DNA from: Desulfovibrionaceae bacterium
GTDB lineage: Bacteria > Desulfobacterota > Desulfovibrionia > Desulfovibrionales > Desulfovibrionaceae
DNA: 64,000 nt
Assembly: GCA_031547305.1 (NCBI GenBank)
Contig: JAVBSC010000019.1
Location: forward strand, 38,609-102,608
Reading direction: 5' to 3'
Of this stretch, positions 38,297 to 45,298 are shown piece by piece. The number at the start of each line of letters is the position of its first letter. Positions within the stretch are counted from its first letter, which is position 1. Position numbers and translations under genes: made by a program. The notes below the pieces were generated by a model that saw only the letters and a list, made by a program, of their open reading frames with translations, was not told where the DNA came from and ran no database searches.

Positions 38297-39172
38297 ATGT
38301 ACGGAATCCTACTGGCCTTCACCACAATAATCCTCTGGACCGGCAACGTGCTTCTGGCGCGGGTCATTGGCGATACTTTGCCGCCGCTGACCTTGACCGT
38401 GCTGCGGAACATAGTGGCTTTTTTATGCGTCGCGCCCTTTGCCATGCCGCGAATATGGCGCCGGCGGCGCGAGTTGCTGGCGCGCAAGCGTTTTTATATT
38501 TACGCGACCCTGCTCGGGGTCATTCTGATGAACACCCCCCTATACGCGGCCGGACGCCTCACCCTGGCTTTGAACATGGGGCTCATAAACGTTTCCTCAC
38601 CGGTGCTGATCCTCATAATGGCCCGTATTGTCCTTAAAGAGCCCATTGCTTTCCGGACCATTTTAAGCGCCGCCGTATGCGTTTTCGGCATAATCTATCT
38701 GATGGTCGGCGGGGATTTGGAGCGTCTTTTGCAACTAGATTTGCATATGGGTGATTTATTCATGCTGGTGACCAGTGTGAGCTTTGCCGCCTATACCATT
38801 TTTATCCGCCGCAATCCGATAAACGGCAATATGGTGGATTTTCTGGCCATAATTTTCGGATTGTCCGCCGTGGCGCTCGCCCCCTTTGCCGTTCTGGAGT
38901 CTTTTTATCTTCCGGTGGTTCTGGGAGTGCCTCAGGTGCTTGCCGTGCTCTATGCGGGCATTTTCGCGGCCATAGTAAGCCTGTGGGCCTGGAACCTGGC
39001 CGTCGCCCGGATTGGCCCGTCCAAGGCTGGAATCATTTATTACACGTTTCCCTTGTTCGTGGCCGCCGGGGCGATTCTGCTCCTTGGCGAAACGCTCACC
39101 CGGGCGCATTGCCTGGGGGGCGCGCTGATCATCGGCGGCGTTGTTCTGGCTACCCTGCCGAGGCGGGTATAA
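38297..39172 (+). CDS. DMT-superfamily (EamA) transporter
   Basis: Ten hydrophobic segments in two EamA-like halves. I preferred ATG 38297. The longest ORF starts at 38216. Confidence 0.8.
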   Translation: MYGILLAFTTIILWTGNVLLARVIGDTLPPLTLTVLRNIVAFLCVAPFAMPRIWRRRRELLARKRFYIYATLLGVILMNTPLYAAGRLTLALNMGLINVSSPVLILIMARIVLKEPIAFRTILSAAVCVFGIIYLMVGGDLERLLQLDLHMGDLFMLVTSVSFAAYTIFIRRNPINGNMVDFLAIIFGLSAVALAPFAVLESFYLPVVLGVPQVLAVLYAGIFAAIVSLWAWNLAVARIGPSKAGIIYYTFPLFVAAGAILLLGETLTRAHCLGGALIIGGVVLATLPRRV

Positions 39173-39253
39173 GCGCGTTATACTCCACGGCCTGGACGTT
39201 GCGGCGCATTTATGGAATACAAAAGCGATACGCATAACCAAGGGGTGCCGCCC

Positions 39254-39619
39254 ATGCGCATATTAATGGTGGACGACGAAGCGGATTTTCTGGAGCTTAT
39301 GAACAACAGGCTGAGCCGGCGCGGCATTGAAGTGCTTTGCGCCGGTTCTGGCGAAGAAGCCCTGAAAGTCGCGGAAAGCGACGTTTCTTTCGACGCCGTT
39401 GTTCTGGACGTGAAAATGCCGGGCCTTGACGGCATTGAAACCTTGCGCCGCCTTAAGAAAATACGGCCGGAGCTCCCAGTCCTGCTGCTCACCGGGCATG
39501 CCAGTCTGGAGGCCGCCATGGCCGGAGTGGAGATAGGGGCCGTTGACTATCTCATGAAGCCGGTGCCCCTGAACGATTTGATCATCAGGGTTCAGGAAGT
39601 CGCCCGGGGCAAAGGCTAG
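39254..39619 (+). CDS. Single-domain response regulator (receiver only)
   Basis: MRILMVDDE, phospho-acceptor context AVVLDVKMPGLDG, and LLLTGH...YLMKP. Start 39254 is preceded by AAGGGG. No output domain. Confidence 0.85.
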   Translation: MRILMVDDEADFLELMNNRLSRRGIEVLCAGSGEEALKVAESDVSFDAVVLDVKMPGLDGIETLRRLKKIRPELPVLLLTGHASLEAAMAGVEIGAVDYLMKPVPLNDLIIRVQEVARGKG

Positions 39620-39643
39620 AGCATTTCAACCCTGAAATGTTCT
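39618..39643 (+). other. 11-bp inverted repeat overlapping the receiver stop codon
   Basis: AGAGCATTTCA-ACCC-TGAAATGTTCT (10 of 11 bp complementary). There is no T-tract, so it is not a classical terminator. Confidence 0.3.
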
Positions 39644-39745
39644 AACGTAGGCACGCGCAGCATAGCTCCGCGCATGAGGAGCAGGCGGGCTTTTGCCAGC
39701 CGTGAACGACAAGTGGGGCGTTTTAAAATGGAAGTGCTTTAGACT

Positions 39746-42331
39746 GTGGGCCTGCTCCGGAAGCTTCGCTCTCGTCTGGCCGGATCAAATACGGCTGAAA
39801 ACAGCGCACCCGAGGAAGCCGCCCTGCGCGAGCGTTTTCTGGCGCGTTGCCGGCATTTCCGCAGTCTGCTTTCCGCCAACCGGGCAGCCCTGGAAATCAT
39901 GGCGGACATGGAAGCCAAACTGGGCGGCGCCCTGCCGTTCAGCCTGGCTTATGTACGCCTGGCCAGCGAGGAAGTCGGCGCGAGCGTTTATAAAATGATC
40001 CGGGATCTCAGCGGGATCAGCGCTGACGCCTATGCCGCGCTTTACGAGCGCCATGGCGGTATCGCCGGAGAAATATCCGCCCTGGTTGCCTCCAGGGAAG
40101 CTTTGTTTTCCGGCCCGTTGGTTGTGCCTGTGGAAGAATCCGGCCGTCTGGGCTCGCACGAGTGCGGCGAAAAAATGGCCAGGCTGGGCGAACTGGCCGG
40201 GCTGGACCTGGAGATTCCGGACGGCTTTGTGGCCACGGCCGCCGGCTTCCATCGTTTTCTTCAGGCCAATAACCTGCGGGAGGAAATAGACCGGCGCATC
40301 CAGGAGGCGGATGCTTCCCGCCTGGACGCGGTTTTCGCCTTAAGTTCGTCCCTGCAAAAGCTTATTCTGGACGCGCCGCTCCCCGAGGATTTGGAATCGG
40401 AAATTTTGCGCCATTACGCCATGCTCAAAGAGCGCCACGGGCCGGTCCGCCTGGCCGTGCGCAGCAGCGCGGTGGGCGAGGACGGTCTGGCGCATTCCTT
40501 TGCCGGGCAGTACCGTTCCGAGCTCAACGTGGCCGAGGACATGCTCATTTCGGCCTATAAGGACGTTCTGGCCGGCAAGTACAGCGTTACGGCCATGGCT
40601 TATCGCTTCAACCGGGGCATTACGGATGACGCCGTGCCCATGTGCGTTGGCTTTTTGCGCATGGTGGACGCGGCGGCCGGCGGGGTGGCCTACACCCGCG
40701 ATCCCCTGGACGCCGCGCCCAAAATCGTGATCAACGCCTCCCCCGGCCTGCCGCAGGCCATTGTGGACGGCCGCAGCCCCAGCTTTGATGTTTTTGAAGC
40801 GAGCAAGGACGCGGAACCGCGCCTTTTAAGCAGCCGTGTGCCGTTGAAGACAAGCAAACTCGTCTGCGCTCCGGAAGAAGGCCTGCAACTGCTGGAACTG
40901 GACCCGGAAGAGGGCGCGAGACCATGCCTGACTGAAGAGCAAATTACGCTTCTGGCGGCCACGGCTCTGAAGCTGGAGGCTTTTTACGATCTGCCCCAGG
41001 ACGTGGAGTGGGCTTTTGATTCGGGGGGACGGCTGATCATTCTGCAAAGCCGCCCCCTGCCGGAAGCCAAGGGCCAACGGGCTGACGCGCCTGCGCCGGA
41101 CGGGGCAAAAGTATTGCTGCAGGGCGGCCTGGCCGCTTCCCTCGGCCGGGGGGGCGGCAAGGTCTGCGTAATGCGGCGGGATGCCGATATGCTGCGTTGC
41201 GCCAAGGGCGCGGTCCTGGTCGCGGATAAAGCGCATTCGCGCTGGGCTCCGGTTTTGGCGCAGGCTTCCGCCCTGGTGACGCAGAGCGGCGGCAGCGCCG
41301 GGCACTTGGCCACCGTGGCCCGCGAATACGGCGTTCCGGCACTGTTCGGCCTGGAGGGCGCACTGGACTTGTTGCCGGACGGTGCGGAAGTAACCGTGGA
41401 TGCGGATGCCGGCCGCGTTTACGCCGGTCTGCAAGGCGCATTGCTTGAACGGGATTCCCGCCAGCCGGAAAACCCCATGCGCGGTTCGCCGGTGTACAAA
41501 ATTCTGGAAGAGGCCGTGCGCCACATCGTGCCGCTGAACCTTCTGGACCCGGCCGCGCCGGAATTCGCCCCGGAACATTGCCGGACCCTGCACGACATCA
41601 CCAGGTTCTGCCACGAAAAAGCCGTGCAGGCCATGTTCAGCCAGGACGGCGCGCCCATGCCGGAACGGGCCGGCAAACGGCTGCGCTATAAAAAAAGCAA
41701 ACTCCAGTATTGGGTGGTGGACCTGGATGACGGATTTAAGCGGCCGATCCCAGGCGATGTCGTGGATTTTGAGGATATCGCCTCCGCGCCCATGCTGGCC
41801 CTGTGGGAGGGCATGGGCGCGCTGCCCTGGGCCGGACCGCCAACGGCCGGTGGAGGGTTCCTCAGCGTGGTGGTCCAGAGCGCGGCCAATCCGGAGTTGG
41901 AAGTAACCGCCCGTTCCAGCCTGATGAATCGGAACTATTTTTTGATTTCCAAAGACTACTGCAACCTTCAGGCCCGCTTCGGTTATCATTTCTGCACTGT
42001 GGAAGGCCAGGCCGGGGAGGTTGCCGCGGAAAATTACCTGAACTTTTACTTTAAGGGCGGAGCGGCGGATTTGCCCCGCCGCCTGCTGCGGGTAAGGCTG
42101 GTGGAGGATCTCCTGGCGGACCACGGTTTTGTGGCCTACAGCCGTGAAGATTCCCTGGCCGCCAGAACGGAGGATCTGCCCAGGGAACGGGCGCTGGAGC
42201 TGTTCAAGCTTCTGGGCTTTCTGCTGGTGCATACCCGGCAGTTGGACGCCGCCATGTCCGGACAGGCGGCCGTGGAGCATTACCGGGGAGCGTTGGAAAA
42301 AGGCATTGCCGAATTGAAAATTGGCGAATGA
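39746..42331 (+). CDS. PEP-utilising-family dikinase-like protein (PPDK_N ATP-grasp plus phosphohistidine swivel plus non-canonical C-terminal domain)
   Basis: RLAVRSSAVGEDGLAHSFAGQYRSELNV (nucleotide-binding domain). QSGGSAGHLATVAREYGVPALFG (swivel His). The last ~300 aa lack the PEP/pyruvate TIM-barrel motifs (no xNDLTQ). GTG start. Confidence 0.8.
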   Translation: MGLLRKLRSRLAGSNTAENSAPEEAALRERFLARCRHFRSLLSANRAALEIMADMEAKLGGALPFSLAYVRLASEEVGASVYKMIRDLSGISADAYAALYERHGGIAGEISALVASREALFSGPLVVPVEESGRLGSHECGEKMARLGELAGLDLEIPDGFVATAAGFHRFLQANNLREEIDRRIQEADASRLDAVFALSSSLQKLILDAPLPEDLESEILRHYAMLKERHGPVRLAVRSSAVGEDGLAHSFAGQYRSELNVAEDMLISAYKDVLAGKYSVTAMAYRFNRGITDDAVPMCVGFLRMVDAAAGGVAYTRDPLDAAPKIVINASPGLPQAIVDGRSPSFDVFEASKDAEPRLLSSRVPLKTSKLVCAPEEGLQLLELDPEEGARPCLTEEQITLLAATALKLEAFYDLPQDVEWAFDSGGRLIILQSRPLPEAKGQRADAPAPDGAKVLLQGGLAASLGRGGGKVCVMRRDADMLRCAKGAVLVADKAHSRWAPVLAQASALVTQSGGSAGHLATVAREYGVPALFGLEGALDLLPDGAEVTVDADAGRVYAGLQGALLERDSRQPENPMRGSPVYKILEEAVRHIVPLNLLDPAAPEFAPEHCRTLHDITRFCHEKAVQAMFSQDGAPMPERAGKRLRYKKSKLQYWVVDLDDGFKRPIPGDVVDFEDIASAPMLALWEGMGALPWAGPPTAGGGFLSVVVQSAANPELEVTARSSLMNRNYFLISKDYCNLQARFGYHFCTVEGQAGEVAAENYLNFYFKGGAADLPRRLLRVRLVEDLLADHGFVAYSREDSLAARTEDLPRERALELFKLLGFLLVHTRQLDAAMSGQAAVEHYRGALEKGIAELKIGE

Positions 42332-42368
42332 AAAATCCCTGCCCCGGAAAAACGGGACAGGGATTTTT
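42331..42368. terminator. Bidirectional rho-independent terminator between convergent genes
   Basis: A5, then AATCCCTGCCCCG (42334-42346) paired with CGGGACAGGGATT (42353-42365, one mismatch), then T5. Confidence 0.7.
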
Positions 42369-42388
42369 CATTGAACAGCAAGGCAGGG

Positions 42389-43117
42389 TCAGGCCTCTTT
42401 TTTCACCCCTTTGGTCATGGTCAGCCCAATGCCTTCAAAAATCTCAAAAATGGCGAATCCGTACCACATGGTGTAAATGATGTAAAAAACCAGCAGGGCG
42501 GTGACCAGCAGGATATTGTCGCCTATCCTGACATCCTCTATGCCGTAAAAGTTATAGCTCGGCTCAAGCCCTTTGCGCATCACCGCGTCCACAACCTGGG
42601 CCTCCACAATATGTCCGTCCTTCTGCAGCGGCTTGATCATGCCGGAGAACAACTGCCACCAGACCTCCAGGCATTTCTGCCCGTCGTCCAGGCTATATTT
42701 GGCGGCCAGGGCCTGGCCATCGTTTTTGTACAGAACGGCGGCGTCGTCCAAAGATGCGTAAAGGACTTTGCCCAGGTTGCCGTTCAGGGTGACGGTGTTG
42801 CCGGCCACGCTGGCGGTGATGCCGGCCGTCTGGAGCATCTTGAGGGCCAGGGGCGCGAGTTCCGCTTTTTTCATGGCCGAATTCACGCTCAGCTCCACGT
42901 TTTCAACGGCTTTTACCTTCTGTCTGGTTTCCTTGATAAAGCCGCTGGTGGAGCCCTTGGACAGCGTGTTGAAAAGATGGTCGGAAAATTCCAGGCCGTT
43001 GCCCACGCGCCCCTGGGAAATGGGGAAGATGGGCATGAATATGGTTATGAACACGGCGATGAAGCTGACCAGGAGCAGCAGACCGCGCGTCATGGCTTTG
43101 GGGTTTCTTACCAGCAT
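42389..43117 (-). CDS. Membrane protein of unknown family (N- and C-terminal TM anchors, ~150-aa central soluble domain)
   Basis: Its ATG lies 1 nt after the TSUP stop and is preceded by GGAGGTG inside the upstream gene. Hydrophobic segments LLLLVSFIAVFITIFMPIF and ILLVTALLVFYIIYTMWYGFAIF. Confidence 0.6.
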   Translation of the reverse strand: MLVRNPKAMTRGLLLLVSFIAVFITIFMPIFPISQGRVGNGLEFSDHLFNTLSKGSTSGFIKETRQKVKAVENVELSVNSAMKKAELAPLALKMLQTAGITASVAGNTVTLNGNLGKVLYASLDDAAVLYKNDGQALAAKYSLDDGQKCLEVWWQLFSGMIKPLQKDGHIVEAQVVDAVMRKGLEPSYNFYGIEDVRIGDNILLVTALLVFYIIYTMWYGFAIFEIFEGIGLTMTKGVKKEA

Positions 43118-43118
43118 G

Positions 43119-44381
43119 CTACACCTCCGCCCGCAGTTTGCCCATGTTGGCGATGAATTTTCCGATCACCCAGGCCCCGAAGATCACCACGACAATCCAG
43201 AACACGATATCCCCGACGTCTTGAATGACGTTGACCACGCCAACCGGGATGTTGATCACTTCCAGTTCCTGAAGCTTCTTCGGCAGGGAGGCCGCGCGGT
43301 TGATAAAGCCCGCCAGGATGGACACGGCGTAAAAACCGCGAATATGGATGCCTTTGACCACCTTGGTGGTCAAAGCGCCGAGCTGGATGCCGAACAGTGA
43401 GCCTATGAGCATGCCCATGGCCAGAGTGTAGAACACAAAGCCGTAAATGACGTACTGCCCGATGGCGGCCAGGCCGGCGGTAAAGATGATCTGGAGGATG
43501 TCCGTGCCCACGGTGGTCATGGAGGAAACGCCGAAGATGTAGACGAACATGGGGAAGGTCACAAAACCGCCGCCCACGCCCATGATTGCGGCCAGAACGC
43601 CCACAAGCATGCCGCCGGCGGCCACCACCCAGCCGGACAGGCGGCGCCCGCCGGGCACCAGATCCTGGTCAAAGGTGATCATGGGAGGCAGGTTAAGGCT
43701 TTGCAGCTTGCCGGCCACACTGGTGGAACCGGAGACCGCCGGGCCGCCGTGCGCGTCGCCGCCTTTGCCGGAGCGGCTGAGCCTGATGAAGTCGAACAGG
43801 GCGTAAAAGCCCAAAAACCCCAGCAGCAGGGCGTAAATGGAGCTTATAAACATTTCGGAGAGCAGGGGGTCTTTGTTGAACAGCCACATGTTCACGCTGC
43901 CGCCTATGACAGTGCCACCGGCGGACCCAACCAGAAAAGCGATGGCCAGCGGCACGGACACGTTGCCCAGCTTCTTGTGCACCGTGGTGCCCATGATCGC
44001 CTTGGCGAAAATATGGAACAAGTCCGTGCCCACCGCCAGAATGCCTTTTATGCCGGCGGCCATGAGAGCCGGGGTGATGATGAACCCGCCGCCCGCGCCG
44101 ATGCACCCGGTGATCAGCCCGGCAATAAGGCCGATGAAAATGGAGGCGAAAAAGATGCCCAGCGTGTAGGTGGCCGGAGCATAGGCGGCCTTTCCGCCCA
44201 GCATGGGCGCGGCCGCGTCCGCCGCCGTGTACAGCAGCAGCGGCGCGGCGGCCGCCATTATACATAAAAAGAGCATCTTCTTTTTGTTTTTGATAATGGA
44301 CATTGAAACTTCATAATCCCATTTTGCGTGCGCCACACTCGCACATTTAAGGAATTCGTAGACTTTTCTGCCAAAACGCAT
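43119..44381 (-). CDS. TSUP (TauE/SafE) family anion exporter, extended 420-aa form
   Basis: Duplicated TSUP motif (GCIGAGGGFIITP / GVGGGFVTFP). Strong AGGAGG RBS 7 nt before ATG 44381. Confidence 0.8.
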   Translation of the reverse strand: MRFGRKVYEFLKCASVAHAKWDYEVSMSIIKNKKKMLFLCIMAAAAPLLLYTAADAAAPMLGGKAAYAPATYTLGIFFASIFIGLIAGLITGCIGAGGGFIITPALMAAGIKGILAVGTDLFHIFAKAIMGTTVHKKLGNVSVPLAIAFLVGSAGGTVIGGSVNMWLFNKDPLLSEMFISSIYALLLGFLGFYALFDFIRLSRSGKGGDAHGGPAVSGSTSVAGKLQSLNLPPMITFDQDLVPGGRRLSGWVVAAGGMLVGVLAAIMGVGGGFVTFPMFVYIFGVSSMTTVGTDILQIIFTAGLAAIGQYVIYGFVFYTLAMGMLIGSLFGIQLGALTTKVVKGIHIRGFYAVSILAGFINRAASLPKKLQELEVINIPVGVVNVIQDVGDIVFWIVVVIFGAWVIGKFIANMGKLRAEV

Positions 44382-44407
44382 GTCTCTTCCTCCTACTATT
44401 CATAGCC

Positions 44408-44419
44408 CTATAATTATAG
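44408..44419 (-). promoter_or_regulatory. 12-bp palindrome CTATAATTATAG containing a TATAAT -10 candidate for the TSUP operon
   Basis: Read on the minus strand, TATAAT ends 31 nt before ATG 44381. The -35 position holds a poor hexamer. Confidence 0.4.
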
Positions 44420-44438
44420 CTATGATGTTTTTTGCCTT

Positions 44439-44454
44439 TACTGTGCGCACAGTA
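44439..44454. promoter_or_regulatory. Perfect 16-bp palindrome TACTGTGCGCACAGTA (operator candidate)
   Basis: Perfect dyad, centred about 40 nt upstream of the TSS inferred from the -10 candidate. Confidence 0.45.
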
Positions 44455-44460
44455 CAACAA

Positions 44461-44476
44461 TGTGCAAGAATTCACA
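44461..44476. promoter_or_regulatory. CRP/FNR-family-type site TGTGC-N6-TCACA
   Basis: aTGTGCAAGAATTCACAa matches TGTGA-N6-TCACA at 9 of 10 positions. Centred about 62 nt upstream of the inferred TSS. Confidence 0.45.
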
Positions 44477-44509
44477 AATATTTTTTTGTTGTTTTGCAAC
44501 AAGAATGTG

Positions 44510-44525
44510 TTGATTGAACAATCAA
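44510..44525. promoter_or_regulatory. Palindrome TTGATTG-AA-CAATCAA
   Basis: Perfect 7-2-7 dyad in the same AT-rich intergenic region. A further weak dyad, TTGTTG-N5-CAACAA, lies at 44486-44502. Confidence 0.35.
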
Positions 44526-44623
44526 ATAAAATAAAAATAAGAATGGGCGGGGGATTTTCAGATTAGCTTAATGGCGCGGGAAAATTAGATAACATAATAG
44601 AAAAATTGTGAAATTAAGCCTGG

Positions 44624-45298
44624 TTATATAATGACGCCCAAGTGCGCCATAAGGCCCGCCAGGCCAGGGAAGACAAAGTCAGCTTGCGCTTTTTGTAACA
44701 TGAAGGCTTCGCTGTGGCCGCCGGCCACCCCGGCGGACAACGTGCCGGCCCTTTGGCCCACCAGGATGTCCATGGGGTGGTCCCCGACCATCAGGGCGTT
44801 TTGCGGCAAAATATCCAGCAGGGCCAGGGCGCGCAGCAGGTGATCCGGGTCCGGCTTGACCCTGGGCACCTGCTCGCGGGTCAGCAGTTCCGTATTGAAG
44901 TCCCGGAGGTCCGGAAAGACCATATTCACGGAATCCAGGCAGTTCCTGGTGATGATGGCGGTTTTGATCGCCAGCGCCTCCAGCGCCCGAAGCATGCCCC
45001 GCACTTCCGGGAACAGCGCGCTCGCGGACGCGGCCTCCAGTTCATAGCGCCGTACCGCTTCCAGGGTCTCCCGCCGCAATTTTCCACCCTCGTCCGGCGT
45101 CAATCCAACAGAGAGCAGATCCAGCAATTCCAGCACCGGCAGTCTTGCGGATTCTTCCGGCACTTCCCGGTATTGCCGCATAACCGCCAAAGCCCGTTCG
45201 CGCATCACCCCAAAATCCAGGGTGGGCACAGCCAGGGTGCCGTCAAAGTCAAACACCACGGCCTTCAGGCCAAGTTTTTGCCAGAGCGGGATTTGCAT
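44624..45298 (-). CDS. HAD-superfamily phosphatase (phosphoglycolate-phosphatase-like subfamily IA)
   Basis: Motif I VVFDFDGTL and motif IV MVGDHPMDILVG. Its ATG overlaps the YcaO TGA (ATGA, 45296-45300). Confidence 0.8.
   Translation of the reverse strand: MQIPLWQKLGLKAVVFDFDGTLAVPTLDFGVMRERALAVMRQYREVPEESARLPVLELLDLLSVGLTPDEGGKLRRETLEAVRRYELEAASASALFPEVRGMLRALEALAIKTAIITRNCLDSVNMVFPDLRDFNTELLTREQVPRVKPDPDHLLRALALLDILPQNALMVGDHPMDILVGQRAGTLSAGVAGGHSEAFMLQKAQADFVFPGLAGLMAHLGVII

Noticed and set aside
44439-44454. TACTGTGCGCACAGTA as a LexA (SOS) box
   Set aside because: The CTGT and ACAG arms are separated by 4 nt, not the 8 nt of the gammaproteobacterial LexA box. The sequence does not resemble the deltaproteobacterial LexA motifs I recall, and the downstream genes are not SOS-type.
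44422-44517. 31-codon plus-strand ORF (MMFFAFTVRTVQQCARIHKYFFVVLQQECVD) as a possible YcaO precursor peptide
   Set aside because: It has no RBS and lies on the strand opposite the YcaO-HAD operon. It is composed of the palindromic operator-like sequences themselves, so it is more simply explained as regulatory DNA.
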